From: an uncultured bacterium
Lineage (GTDB): Bacteria > Actinomycetota > Coriobacteriia > Coriobacteriales > Coriobacteriaceae
NCBI GenBank assembly: GCA_958349055.1
Contig: CATWBO010000002.1
Coordinates: 36,539 to 100,538 of the forward strand
Direction: 5' to 3'
DNA length: 64,000 bases
A model generated the notes under the pieces. The model saw nothing but the letters and a program-made list of their open reading frames with translations, did not search any database and was not told where the DNA came from. Below, piece after piece: positions 1 through 10,490 of the stretch. The position numbers were made by a program, and so were the translations under genes. Position 1 is the first letter of the stretch. Each line of letters opens with the position of its first letter.

Positions 1-107
1 ATTTTTCTCCGGCGGATCTGTTCCGTTCAACCAAGACCGGCTCTCGCAGCAGCCTGGACCGCGTCAACAAGCAACTTTCGGCCTCGCGCGGCACGTTTCG
101 CCAAAAG

Positions 108-1223
108 GTGCATATCGGTGTGCTCGTGGCTACAGTGGCGCTCGTCGCCTACGGTGCCATCATTATCTGGTCGGCTTCGCAGTTTAAGGCCGATGCCTCG
201 TTCTCACGCCATCTGCTGGGAATTGGTATCGGGGCGGTGCTGGCGGTGCTGGTTTGGCGTACCGACCTGCGCGGTATTTCCAATTTCTCGACGGCGCTGC
301 TCGTTATCGACCTGATCGTGATCTTCTCGCCCAAGATTCCGGGCCTGTCCTATACGGGTGGTCTGGGCATGACGGGCTGGATCAAGATTCCCGGTATCGG
401 CTTGACATTCCAGCCCGTTGAGCTTGCCAAGCTTATCACCATCTTCTTTATCGCCACGCTTGGCTCGCAATACAACGGCCGCATCGATACCGTTCGCGAC
501 TACGTCAAGCTTTGCGGTTTGCTGTCCATCCCGTTTTTGGCCGTCGTCGCCATGGGCGACCTGGGCTCGGGCCTGGTCGTGCTGGTCTCGGGTGCCATCG
601 TCATCTGCATGAGCGGCGCACGCCGCGAATGGGTGCTGTCGACCTTGGCCCTGCTCGTGGGCTTGGTGGCCCTCGTCCTGGCGCTCGACTCGGTCTTCGA
701 TTCGCTGCTCGGCCACGACGTGCTCATCAAGCAGTACCAGATGAATCGTCTGACGGTCTTTATCGACCCCGATAATGCCGATTCGGACGATGCCTACAAC
801 CTGCAGCAGTCGCTTATCGCCGTTGGCTCGGGCGGCTTCTTTGGTAAGGGCTTGGGCCATGCGACGCAGTCTGCCGGCGGCTTTCTGCCCGAGTTCCACA
901 CCGACTTCGTCTTTGCCTTCCTGTCCGAGACCTTCGGCTTCTGTGGGTCCTTTTTGCTCCTGTGCCTGTATGTGCTGCTTATGTTCTCGACGATTCGCGT
1001 CGCCTTTAAGTGCGAGTCGCTGTTCCTGCGCCTGTCGTGCGTGGGTATCGTCGGCATGTGGGCATTTCAGACCTTCGAGAACATCGGCATGTGCATTGGC
1101 ATGATGCCGATTACCGGTATTCCGCTACCGTTCATTAGCTTTGGTTCGTCGTCGATGATGATTCAGTTGCTGACGGTGGGTATCGTACAATCCATATGGC
1201 GGCATCGTTCGGGCGCCGCGTAA
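108..1223 (+). CDS. rodA: SEDS-family peptidoglycan glycosyltransferase (RodA/FtsW)
   Basis: 371-aa polytopic ORF with SEDS signatures (QQSLIAVGSGGFFGKGLG, PEFHTDFVFAF, PITGIPLPFISFGSSSM). GTG108 is only the first listed start. The frame stays open back to nt 3, so the N-terminus may lie upstream of the window. rodA rather than ftsW is a context guess. Confidence 0.8.
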   Translation: MHIGVLVATVALVAYGAIIIWSASQFKADASFSRHLLGIGIGAVLAVLVWRTDLRGISNFSTALLVIDLIVIFSPKIPGLSYTGGLGMTGWIKIPGIGLTFQPVELAKLITIFFIATLGSQYNGRIDTVRDYVKLCGLLSIPFLAVVAMGDLGSGLVVLVSGAIVICMSGARREWVLSTLALLVGLVALVLALDSVFDSLLGHDVLIKQYQMNRLTVFIDPDNADSDDAYNLQQSLIAVGSGGFFGKGLGHATQSAGGFLPEFHTDFVFAFLSETFGFCGSFLLLCLYVLLMFSTIRVAFKCESLFLRLSCVGIVGMWAFQTFENIGMCIGMMPITGIPLPFISFGSSSMMIQLLTVGIVQSIWRHRSGAA

Positions 1224-1241
1224 CCGCTGGAGGGGTTTGCT

Positions 1242-2171
1242 ATGAAGATTCCCGTGGATAAGCTTACCCGCGCTTTTAAGATGGGCGCGTCTGTTAAGAA
1301 GGACTCCGATACGCCGGTACGCGTCTCGGTGTACTTGGATTCGTCTGCCTCGCGCTTTTTGGTCGAGACGGTCCGCGATGCCTTTGTGCCGCAGACGACG
1401 TCGGGCATTGTGCGCGTCGAGCGTCTGGGGGAGGAGCGAATTGCTCCAAAGACCGATACCGATGTGGTACTGGTACTTTCGTGTGGTTCCGACCGCTTGG
1501 AGAGTGCCGTGCAGGAGCTCGTGATCGCCGGCGCGCCCGTGTGCGTGCTTGCTGAGTCTGCTGTGGAGGTGCCGTTTATCGAGGAGTCCACGCCCATGCT
1601 CGGCGTGGTGGCTGCGACCGATAAAACGTATCTGCTCGAGACGCTTGCCCGCTGGATTCTCGATCGCACCGACAAGGAAACTGCTTTTGCGGCGAACTTT
1701 GCCTTCATGCGCATCGCGGCGGCCAATCGTATCATCACCTCGTGTGCGCTCACCAACATGGCGACCGGGGCTTTGGTGTTCTTGCCGGGTGCCGACTATC
1801 CCGTTATGGCGTTGGCGCAGGTGGGCATGCTCTTTGAGCTCGCTGCCGTCTTTGGACGCGGCATTAAGCCTGAGCGCGGCTACGAGGTCGCGGGCGTGCT
1901 TGCCGGCGGTCTTGTGATCCGCGCGGTCACCCGCGCGCTCGTCAAGCAGACGCCACATATTGGGTTTGCCGTCAAGGCGCTTACTGCTGCCGCGGGCACC
2001 TATGGCATGGGCCGTGCGCTCGTTTCGCTCTACGAGCGCGATGTTGACTACAGCCGTGCCAACGAGGTGGTCACTGCCACGTTCTCCCGCGTTCGCGATC
2101 TGGTGACCACGGTCGCGGGCGCTACCCGTCCTATGGCGTCCTACGAGGACGCATCCGATCTCGCTGCTTAG
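1242..2171 (+). CDS. Conserved hypothetical protein; C-terminal half resembles a DUF697-type domain, N-terminal half alpha/beta-like without a P-loop
   Basis: 309-aa ORF. ATG lies 6 nt after GGAGGGG (1229-1235) and codon usage matches the neighbours. The segment FLPGADYPVMALAQVGMLFELAAVFG...TPHIGFAVKALTAAAGTYGMGRAL matches my recollection of the DUF697 pattern. No Walker A motif seen. Family call is inference. Confidence 0.6.
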   Translation: MKIPVDKLTRAFKMGASVKKDSDTPVRVSVYLDSSASRFLVETVRDAFVPQTTSGIVRVERLGEERIAPKTDTDVVLVLSCGSDRLESAVQELVIAGAPVCVLAESAVEVPFIEESTPMLGVVAATDKTYLLETLARWILDRTDKETAFAANFAFMRIAAANRIITSCALTNMATGALVFLPGADYPVMALAQVGMLFELAAVFGRGIKPERGYEVAGVLAGGLVIRAVTRALVKQTPHIGFAVKALTAAAGTYGMGRALVSLYERDVDYSRANEVVTATFSRVRDLVTTVAGATRPMASYEDASDLAA

Positions 2172-2181
2172 GGGTTTTCCG

Positions 2182-4059
2182 TTGCGCGTTCCGTATCAAG
2201 ACTGTTTTCATTTAATTGAGCCGCTGCTCGCCAAGGTCGAAAAGCCGAGTCGCTATATCGATCACGAGTGGGGCACGCTTTCAAAGGCCGATGCCGACTA
2301 CCGTTGCTGCCTGATCTACCCGGATGTGTACGAGGTCGGTCTGCCCAACCAGGGTATCGCCATCCTCTACAACATCCTTAACCAGGCCGAGGGCATCTCC
2401 TGCGAGCGTGGCTATGTGCCGTGGCCCGATATGGGTGACGCCATGCGCGAGGCGGGTATTCCGCTTCTGTCGCTCGAAGGTGCTGCCCCCGTCGCTTCGT
2501 TTGATATCGTCGGTCTGCATGTGCCGCACGAGATGGCGGTGACGAACTTCCTCGAGGCACTCGATCTCGCTGGCATTCCGCTGTTAGCGGCCGACCGAGG
2601 TGAAGACGACCCCATCATCATCGCCGGCGGTCCCTCGGTGTACAACCCCGAGCCGTACGCGGCCTTCTTCGATGCCATCCTCATCGGCGAGGGCGAGGAA
2701 TCGCTGCTCGAGACCTGCCAGCTGCATCGCCGCCTGCGCGACGAAGGAGTCCCGCGCGAGCAGATTGTTGAGCAGCTTGCATCCATTGCCGGCAACTACG
2801 TGCCGTCGCTCTATGAGGTTCGTCACGACGAGCCCTGCTCGCCGCATGGCTACACCGTGCCGCGTGAGGGCAAGGATGCGCCGACCGTGGTCTACAAGCG
2901 CGTGGTCGAGGACTTTGGTGCCACGAATCCGCTGTCGCAGTCGTGCGTGCCCTATGCGCAGCTGGTTCACGACCGCCTGTCTATCGAGATCCTGCGTGGC
3001 TGCGCCCGCGGCTGTCGTTTTTGCCAGGCCGGCATGACGTATCGCCCGGTGCGCGAGCGCTCGGCCGACCAGATCGTCTCGTCGGTGATTCAGGGTCTGG
3101 AAAAGACCGGCTATGACGAGGTGTCGCTGACCTCGCTCTCTACGACCGACCACTCCTGCATTCGCGACGTTCTCGGCAGGCTCAACCGTCGCCTGGAGGA
3201 TACGGGTATTCGCGTGTCTATTCCGTCGCAGCGCCTGGATTCGTTTGGCGTGGATATGGCCGAGTCGGTCGCCGGCGAAAAGAAGGGCGGCCTGACGTTT
3301 GCGCCCGAGGCCGGCAGCCAGCGCATGCGCGACATCATTAACAAGAACGTGACCGAGGAGGATCTGGACCGTGCGGCCAAGGCGGCCTTCGAGGCCGGCT
3401 GGAACCGCATGAAGCTCTACTTTATGATGGGCCTTCCCGGCGAGCGCGACGAGGATATCGTAGCCATCGCCAATCTGGCCGATCACGTGCTGGAGCTCGG
3501 TCGTTCCGTGGTGCCCAAGGCTCGTCGCGGCTCGATCTCGGTGTCCATCTCGGTTTCGGTCTTTATCCCCAAGGCTGCTACGCCGTTCCAGTGGTGCCCG
3601 CAGCTCGACTACGACGACGTCAAGCGTCGCCAGAAGCTGCTTATCACGAGCGTTCGCAACCGTGCCGTCCGCGTGCATTACCACGATGCCGAGACCTCGC
3701 TCATCGAGGCCGCGCTGTCCCGCGCCGGTCGTGACATGACGCCCGTCATCATCGATGCTTGGCGCGCGGGCTCTCGCTTTGACGCCTGGGTAGAGCATTT
3801 CTCGCTCGATAACTGGAAGGAGGCTGCTGCCAAAAACGGCATCGACCTCAATGAGCTCGTGCACCTGCCCTACGAGTTGGACTGGCGCCTGCCGTGGGAG
3901 CACGTGAGCCCCGGCTGCACGCGCGGCTTCCTCGAGCGCGAGTACCGTCGCTCGCTCGAGGGTGTCACGACTCCCGACTGCACCCGCACGTCGTGCACCG
4001 GCTGCGGAATCTGCCCCACGCTCCACGCCAAGAATGTATTGATGGGTGATCGCGCATGA
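2182..4059 (+). CDS. Radical SAM protein, uncharacterised TIGR03960-like family with N-terminal B12-binding-like domain
   Basis: 625-aa ORF with a CxxxCxxC cluster motif in ILRGCARGCRFCQAGMTYRP. Size and architecture match the rSAM family that pairs with DUF2344. Its stop overlaps the next start (ATGA at 4056-4059). Confidence 0.85.
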   Translation: MRVPYQDCFHLIEPLLAKVEKPSRYIDHEWGTLSKADADYRCCLIYPDVYEVGLPNQGIAILYNILNQAEGISCERGYVPWPDMGDAMREAGIPLLSLEGAAPVASFDIVGLHVPHEMAVTNFLEALDLAGIPLLAADRGEDDPIIIAGGPSVYNPEPYAAFFDAILIGEGEESLLETCQLHRRLRDEGVPREQIVEQLASIAGNYVPSLYEVRHDEPCSPHGYTVPREGKDAPTVVYKRVVEDFGATNPLSQSCVPYAQLVHDRLSIEILRGCARGCRFCQAGMTYRPVRERSADQIVSSVIQGLEKTGYDEVSLTSLSTTDHSCIRDVLGRLNRRLEDTGIRVSIPSQRLDSFGVDMAESVAGEKKGGLTFAPEAGSQRMRDIINKNVTEEDLDRAAKAAFEAGWNRMKLYFMMGLPGERDEDIVAIANLADHVLELGRSVVPKARRGSISVSISVSVFIPKAATPFQWCPQLDYDDVKRRQKLLITSVRNRAVRVHYHDAETSLIEAALSRAGRDMTPVIIDAWRAGSRFDAWVEHFSLDNWKEAAAKNGIDLNELVHLPYELDWRLPWEHVSPGCTRGFLEREYRRSLEGVTTPDCTRTSCTGCGICPTLHAKNVLMGDRA

Positions 4060-4868
4060 GTGAGCGCCTGACCGACAACCCCACGCTCTTTAGGCTTCGT
4101 GTTCGCTATGGCAAGCGCGATCGCCTTAAGTACCTGGGCCATCTCGAAGTAATCCATACCATTGAGCGCATCGTGCGCCGTGCGGGACTTCCCTATGCCG
4201 TCACGCAGGGTTTCTCTCCTCACATGCGCGTGGGCTTCTCTTCGGCGCTACCGGTGGGTACGTCGTCGACCTGCGAGTGGTATGACCTGTTTATGACCGA
4301 GTTCGTGGCGCTCGACGAGGCGTTTGGGCGCCTGGCTGCGGCGTCTCCGGCCGATCTGGCGCCCATCGAGGCGGCGTACATCGACGTGCGCACGCCGGCG
4401 TTGACGGCGCAGCTCACGCGCCTGTCGTATCGCATCGACCTGCACTTGGATCCCGAGGCGCCCGTAAGCGCCGACGAGGTGCGTCGTGCGATCGACACGT
4501 TGCGCGCGGACCATGGCATCGACTACGCGCGCGGCAAAAAGAGCAAGCGCTTGGATTTGGATCACACGCTCGTGGGCTATGAGCTCACGGCGGGGGAGCG
4601 CCCGGACCATTTGGTGCTCACGCTCGACACCCATGCCGATAACGAGGGCTCCATGCGTCCGGAAATTTTGCTTTCCGCTGCTGATGTTTTGTTGCAGGGC
4701 TTGACCCCGGGCGTGGATGCACCTATTGTTTCCACCGGTATGCAAGACCTCGTGACCATCTGCTCCTACGATGTCGAGCGTCAGAATCAAGCATGCGAGG
4801 ACGACGAGGGCCGACTCGTCAGCCCCATACCTGTGCGAACTTGTGGATTTGCTCCACATACTCGTTGA
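4056..4868 (+). CDS. Radical SAM-linked protein (DUF2344 / TIGR03936-like)
   Basis: 270-aa ORF translationally coupled to the rSAM gene. N-terminus RVRYGKRDRLKYLGHLEVIHTIERIVRRAGLPYAVTQGFSPHMRV is typical of DUF2344. It sits in the conserved position upstream of rplU-rpmA-obg. Confidence 0.75.
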   Translation: MSERLTDNPTLFRLRVRYGKRDRLKYLGHLEVIHTIERIVRRAGLPYAVTQGFSPHMRVGFSSALPVGTSSTCEWYDLFMTEFVALDEAFGRLAAASPADLAPIEAAYIDVRTPALTAQLTRLSYRIDLHLDPEAPVSADEVRRAIDTLRADHGIDYARGKKSKRLDLDHTLVGYELTAGERPDHLVLTLDTHADNEGSMRPEILLSAADVLLQGLTPGVDAPIVSTGMQDLVTICSYDVERQNQACEDDEGRLVSPIPVRTCGFAPHTR

Positions 4869-4893
4869 CGGGGGTATTATCGCCTGCTACTAT
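4865..4893 (+). promoter_or_regulatory. Sigma-70-type promoter for rplU-rpmA(-obg)
   Basis: TTGACG (4865-4870), a 17-nt spacer, then TACTAT (4888-4893), about 40 nt upstream of the rplU ATG. The -35 overlaps the stop codon of the preceding ORF. Confidence 0.45.
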
Positions 4894-4935
4894 ATTCGGC
4901 TGTTGCACTAACTGATGCATGAAGGGCAAGTAAAC

Positions 4936-5310
4936 ATGTACGCAATCGTTAACACGGGCGGCAAGCAGTACAAGGTCGCCACCGACGATGTCATCACCGT
5001 CGAGAAGATCGAGGGCAATGAGGGCGACAAGGTCACCCTGCCGGTCATCTTCCTCAACGATGGTAAGAAGATCGTCACCGATCCCGACAAGCTGGCCAAG
5101 GCCAAGGTTACCGCTCAGATCGTTGAGCAGTTCAAGGGCGAGAAGCAGCTGGTCTTCAAGTTCCACAAGCGTAAGCGCTATCGTCGTCTGAAGGGTCACC
5201 GTCAGCAGCTCACCAAGCTGAAGATCGTGAAGGTCCAGGCTACGTCCCGCGCCAAGAAGGCTGTCAAGGCAGAGGCCGAGGCTGTTGCCGAGGCTCCCGT
5301 CGCCGAGTAG
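4936..5310 (+). CDS. rplU: 50S ribosomal protein L21
   Basis: Canonical N-terminus MYAIVNTGGKQYKV from ATG4936, RBS GAAGGG at 4921-4926. The ORF-track start at 4915 adds 7 non-homologous residues. Has an Ala/Glu/Lys-rich C-terminal tail. Confidence 0.95.
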   Translation: MYAIVNTGGKQYKVATDDVITVEKIEGNEGDKVTLPVIFLNDGKKIVTDPDKLAKAKVTAQIVEQFKGEKQLVFKFHKRKRYRRLKGHRQQLTKLKIVKVQATSRAKKAVKAEAEAVAEAPVAE

Positions 5311-5343
5311 ATTACACTCGTAACGAAAGAGTAGGTATACACA

Positions 5344-5601
5344 ATGGCACACAAAAAAGGACTCGGTTCCTCCCGTAATGGCCGTGACTCCCGCGGTCAG
5401 CGCCTTGGCACGAAGCGCTATGCCGGCCAGACGGTAACCACGGGCACGATTCTCGTCCGTCAGCACGGCACTCACATCCACCCGGGTGAGAACGTTGGCC
5501 GTGGCAAGGACGACACGCTGTTCGCGCTGGTCGACGGTACCGTTGAGTTCCACAAGGGTATCAAGCACAGGGTCAGCGTACGCCCGCTCGCGAACGCGTA
5601 A
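5344..5601 (+). CDS. rpmA: 50S ribosomal protein L27
   Basis: [29 protein letters not shown] is a textbook L27 N-terminus without a Prp-cleaved propeptide. This fits the absence of a prp/ysxB gene between rplU and rpmA. Confidence 0.95.
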   Translation: MAHKKGLGSSRNGRDSRGQRLGTKRYAGQTVTTGTILVRQHGTHIHPGENVGRGKDDTLFALVDGTVEFHKGIKHRVSVRPLANA

Positions 5602-5626
5602 TTCACCCTTCATAGAGCACATATGT

Positions 5627-5669
5627 GGGAGGCACTTGAGTTTTAGGATTCAAGGGTCTCCCTCTTTTT
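5627..5669 (+). terminator. Weak hairpin plus T-tract between rpmA and obg (possible partial terminator)
   Basis: GGGAG..TTGA (5627-5639) pairs with TCAA..CTCCC (5650-5662) around an internal loop, followed by TCTTTTTG. The stem is imperfect, so this is tentative. Confidence 0.3.
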
Positions 5670-5673
5670 GTAG

Positions 5674-7152
<1,479 letters not shown>

Positions 7153-7155
7153 GTC

Positions 7156-7833
7156 ATGTCTCTGCGCGGTGGAATCGGTTTGCCCGAGCTGCCCATAAAA
7201 GAGGGCAAAGAGTTTCGGCTTGGCATTATGGGCGGTACCTTCGACCCGATTCATTACGGGCACCTGGTGACTGCCGAGCAGGCGCGCGAGTCGCTCGACT
7301 TGGACGCTGTGCTCTTTATGCCGGCCGGCTCTCCTGCCTTTAAACTCGACAAACCGGTGACGCCTGCTGAGGACCGTTATGCCATGACGGTCCTCGCCAC
7401 CGCCGCGAATCCGGCTTTTTTGGCGAGCCGTTTCGAGATCGACCGTCCGGGCGTGACCTATACGGCCGATACGCTTCATGCCCTTCGCGACTTTTACCCG
7501 CCGCAGGTAAAGCTCTACTTTATTACGGGCGCCGACGCGATTATCGATATTGTGACCTGGCATGATGCCGAGCGAATCGCTGAGCTTGCTACCTTTATTG
7601 CGGCGACGCGACCGGGTTTTGATATCGATACGGCGCGTGCCCGAATCAAAGAGTCGGGGCTGCCGTTCGATGTACGCTATATTCAGATTCCGGCGCTGGC
7701 GATCAGCTCGACGAACATTCGTAAGCGAGTTGCCCGCGGCATGAGCGTGCGCTATCTTACGAGCGAGTCTGTGCTCGGTTACATTCGCAAGCGCAGTCTG
7801 TATGTCGATCTGGGTCAAGAAGATTTTGAGTGA
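7156..7833 (+). CDS. nadD: Nicotinate-nucleotide adenylyltransferase
   Basis: GIMGGTFDPIHYGHL (HxGH nucleotidyltransferase motif) and ISSTNIRKR near the C-terminus. ATG7156 lies 3 nt after the obg stop. An internal TTG at 7180 is an alternative start. Confidence 0.9.
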   Translation: MSLRGGIGLPELPIKEGKEFRLGIMGGTFDPIHYGHLVTAEQARESLDLDAVLFMPAGSPAFKLDKPVTPAEDRYAMTVLATAANPAFLASRFEIDRPGVTYTADTLHALRDFYPPQVKLYFITGADAIIDIVTWHDAERIAELATFIAATRPGFDIDTARARIKESGLPFDVRYIQIPALAISSTNIRKRVARGMSVRYLTSESVLGYIRKRSLYVDLGQEDFE

Positions 7834-8453
7834 TGGGGGCTACGTTGTCGGTAGAGGATCAGTTTGAGGGCGATGAGCGCGCGCTGCTCAAGCGCATTCA
7901 AGAGCTGCTCGATGTGCGTATGAAGGATAAGCGCAAGCGCTATGTGCATTCGCTGGGTGTTGCCGAGACCGCACTTCATCTGGCCGAGGTCTACGGCGTT
8001 GACCGCTTTGATGCCGCTGCCGCCGGCTTAATTCACGACTGGGACAAGGTGCTTTCCGATGACGAGCTCGTGGCCCGCGCGCTTCACTATGGCATCAAGG
8101 TTGCCGGCTCTCCTTCCGCAGCGACGCCGCTTTTGCATGGCCCCGTTGCCGCCTATGAGCTTCCGCAGCTTTTTCCCGAGCTGTCGCCGACGGTCTTTCA
8201 GGCTGTCGACCGTCACACCGTGGGCGCCTGCGACATGACGCCGCTCGATATGGTGGTCTTTGTGGCCGATGCCATCGAACCCAACCGCCACGGAGATTAT
8301 GCCCATGCGCTGCGCAAGATGGTGGGGAAGTCCTCGCTCGACGAGTTGTTCTTCTCCTGTTTTGCGCAGGGTCTGGTCTATGTGATCCAGTCCGGGCGTT
8401 ATCTTTATCCCACGGCTATTACGATTTACAACCATTACGCCCAGCTGCGCTAG
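7833..8453 (+). CDS. yqeK: HD-domain bis(5'-nucleosyl)-tetraphosphatase YqeK
   Basis: RYVHSLGVAETALHLA...GLIHDWDK is the YqeK HD motif. ATG7833 overlaps the nadD stop (TGATG). GTG7830 is an alternative start. nadD-yqeK-rsfS order is conserved. Confidence 0.85.
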   Translation: MGATLSVEDQFEGDERALLKRIQELLDVRMKDKRKRYVHSLGVAETALHLAEVYGVDRFDAAAAGLIHDWDKVLSDDELVARALHYGIKVAGSPSAATPLLHGPVAAYELPQLFPELSPTVFQAVDRHTVGACDMTPLDMVVFVADAIEPNRHGDYAHALRKMVGKSSLDELFFSCFAQGLVYVIQSGRYLYPTAITIYNHYAQLR

Positions 8454-8480
8454 CTCGGGCTGTCTAGAAAGAGGTATTCC

Positions 8481-8936
8481 ATGGCCGACGAGACCATGAC
8501 CGACGAGCAGATTCTTGAAGGTGTGGCGCACAAGAGTTTCGTTGCCACGTCCGACCGCACTGCCGCCTCGCTGTCCGCGAGCGGTGTTGCCGCCGAGGAT
8601 GTCGCCCGCGCCGCCGCGCAGGCCGCCTACGACAAGAAAGGCGAGGACGTTCAGGTGCTCGATCTGACCGAGCTCTCCGACGTGTGCGACTACTTTGTGC
8701 TCGCCACCGGTACCAATAACCGTCAGGTCGATTCGATCGTTGACGAGATCGAGGAGAAGGTCGCCGAGGCTTGCAGCGAGCACCCGTTTTCCATCGAGGG
8801 CCGTGAGCAGAAGACCTGGATTCTCATGGACTACGGCTCGGTTGTCGTCCACGTCTTCACTCCCGAAGCCCGCGACTTCTACCGCCTAGAAAAGCTCTGG
8901 GGTGACGCTCCTCAGCTTCCCCTCGACCTCCTCTAG
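8481..8936 (+). CDS. rsfS: Ribosomal silencing factor RsfS
   Basis: DVQVLDLTELSDVCDYFVLATGTNNRQV...WILMDYGSVVVHVFTPEARDFYRLEKLW is the conserved RsfS/IojAP core, preceded by a roughly 45-aa N-terminal extension. Confidence 0.9.
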   Translation: MADETMTDEQILEGVAHKSFVATSDRTAASLSASGVAAEDVARAAAQAAYDKKGEDVQVLDLTELSDVCDYFVLATGTNNRQVDSIVDEIEEKVAEACSEHPFSIEGREQKTWILMDYGSVVVHVFTPEARDFYRLEKLWGDAPQLPLDLL

Positions 8937-8980
8937 TAGCTCATTTGGGACGGGCTTTTTTAGCTAGCTTCGCGCATTTC

Positions 8981-9023
8981 GCCGGGCAGTTGCGGTTTTC
9001 CGTACCTGCCCGGCTTTCTTTTT
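8981..9023 (+). terminator. Rho-independent terminator of rsfS
   Basis: GCCGGGCAG (8981-8989) pairs with CTGCCCGGC (9006-9014) and is followed by TTTCTTTTT. The 16-nt loop is large. Confidence 0.4.
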
Positions 9024-9035
9024 GCCCAAAGGCGG

Positions 9036-10289
9036 TTAATCGTTGAAACGGGATTGGCGGCCGAAGGATAGGGCGGTGTCGCCGAATTTGTCACGGACGG
9101 CGTCGATGGCGACGGAGAGGTCGCGTCGGTTGCTGGATTGGGCTCCGCGGTCGTCGACTTCGCAGAACAGGTCGGTCTGGATGCCGCCCTGATGGTCAAA
9201 GTCGCTCATGCCGATGCCTGCTAAGCGAACATGCATGCCTTCCTGCCAAATGTTGTCGAGCAGCTCGAGCGCCACTGCAACAAAGATATTCTCGTCGTCG
9301 GTAGGGTGCGGAAGTCGACGCTGCGCCGTACGTCCGCTGCCATACGAATACTTGAGCTTGAGTGTCACCGTGGCGCCCGTTAGTCCCTGACGGCGCAGGC
9401 GGCGTCCCACTGACTCGCCCAACAGCGCAATCGCCGCTTCGATGTCCCCGCGCTCAGTCAAATCTTTCGCAAAGGTGCGTTCATTGCTGACCGACTTGAC
9501 CTCGCGCTCTTCATCGAGACTCGTGACTTCGGAGATTTCGAGTCCCAGCGCACGCTGGCGCATGCGTTCGCCGTTGACGCCAAAAATAGAGGCCAAGGTG
9601 GATTCCGGTGCACGTGATAGCTCGCCGAGGGTGTAGATGCGCATACGGCGCAGTCGCTCCTCGGCCGAGCGCCCGATGCCGCTCATGGCAGATACGTGCA
9701 GCGCGGCCAAAAAGCGCTGCTCGGTTCCGGGTCGCACGATGGTCAGCCCAAACGGCTTATCCCGCTCACTTGCGATCTTTGCGACCGTCTTGTTGCAGCC
9801 CACGCCAATGGAGCACGTTACTCCCAGCGCTGCCACACGGTCGCTTATACGCCGTGCAACCAGCAGCGGGTCCTCGGGCGCAAAGCGACCCGGTGTGATA
9901 TCGATAAAGGCTTCGTCGATGGATACGCGCTCCACGCGCGGCGTCTCCTCGGCAAGAATCGCCATGACCTGCGCGCTGACCTCGCGGTAGCGATCGAAAT
10001 GCCCGTGCGTCCAAATGGCCTGCGGACACAGGCGCCGCGCCTCGGCTGAGGGCATGGCGGAGTGTACGCCAAAGCGACGCGCCTCATACGAACATGTGGA
10101 CACGACGCCACGAGAATCGGCGTCCCCGCCCACGATGAGCGGCTTTCCGCGCCATTCGGGATGATCGAGCATCTCCACGCTCGCAAAAAACGCATCGAGG
10201 TCCATGAGGCCCACCGCCGGACCCGTCCAGGGAGGCGGCGTGACGCCAATGGCATCCTCATAACCGTATGTATGTTCGCGTCTTTCCAT
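9036..10289 (-). CDS. dinB: DNA polymerase IV (Y-family)
   Basis: 417-aa ORF with MDLDAFFASVE, SIDEAFIDIT and the little-finger region. One of only four minus-strand genes in the window. Confidence 0.92.
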   Translation of the reverse strand: MERREHTYGYEDAIGVTPPPWTGPAVGLMDLDAFFASVEMLDHPEWRGKPLIVGGDADSRGVVSTCSYEARRFGVHSAMPSAEARRLCPQAIWTHGHFDRYREVSAQVMAILAEETPRVERVSIDEAFIDITPGRFAPEDPLLVARRISDRVAALGVTCSIGVGCNKTVAKIASERDKPFGLTIVRPGTEQRFLAALHVSAMSGIGRSAEERLRRMRIYTLGELSRAPESTLASIFGVNGERMRQRALGLEISEVTSLDEEREVKSVSNERTFAKDLTERGDIEAAIALLGESVGRRLRRQGLTGATVTLKLKYSYGSGRTAQRRLPHPTDDENIFVAVALELLDNIWQEGMHVRLAGIGMSDFDHQGGIQTDLFCEVDDRGAQSSNRRDLSVAIDAVRDKFGDTALSFGRQSRFND

Positions 10290-10405
10290 GTCATCAGTAT
10301 ACCGCGCAGCTCATGTGAGGTGCGTGTATGTGCTTGCAAATCCCGAATTCTTGTCTAAGATATGGATTTGCCCTCGACTACACCGAAGAAGTTGGTCTCA
10401 CGGAC

Positions 10406-10434
10406 TTCACCTGCCCGCGTCGATGGCGTATTAT
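10406..10434 (+). promoter_or_regulatory. Candidate promoter of the rpsP operon
   Basis: TTCACC (10406-10411), a 17-nt spacer, then TATTAT (10429-10434), about 57 nt upstream of the rpsP start. Confidence 0.35.
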
Positions 10435-10490
10435 GTTCAACTGTTTGTTTGTAGTTGCAGCCTAAAGCTGCTTGGTTGGAGGAGTTTCCT

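Noticed and set aside
8939-8955. REP-like singlet GCTCATTTGGGACGGGC just after the rsfS stop: 14/17 identical to the RAYT-end core ACTCATTTGGGACAGAC, and sharing TGGGACGGG with the 16973 hairpin arm
   Set aside because: By rough arithmetic, a 14/17 match to one of four reference cores somewhere in 128 kb of two-strand sequence is not clearly beyond chance. Worth rechecking only if a genome-wide REP census is done.
10290-10405. LexA/SOS box upstream of dinB
   Set aside because: I found no GAAC-N4-GTTC or TCGAAC-N4-GTTCGA-type palindrome in the dinB-rpsP divergent spacer. SOS control cannot be claimed from this sequence.
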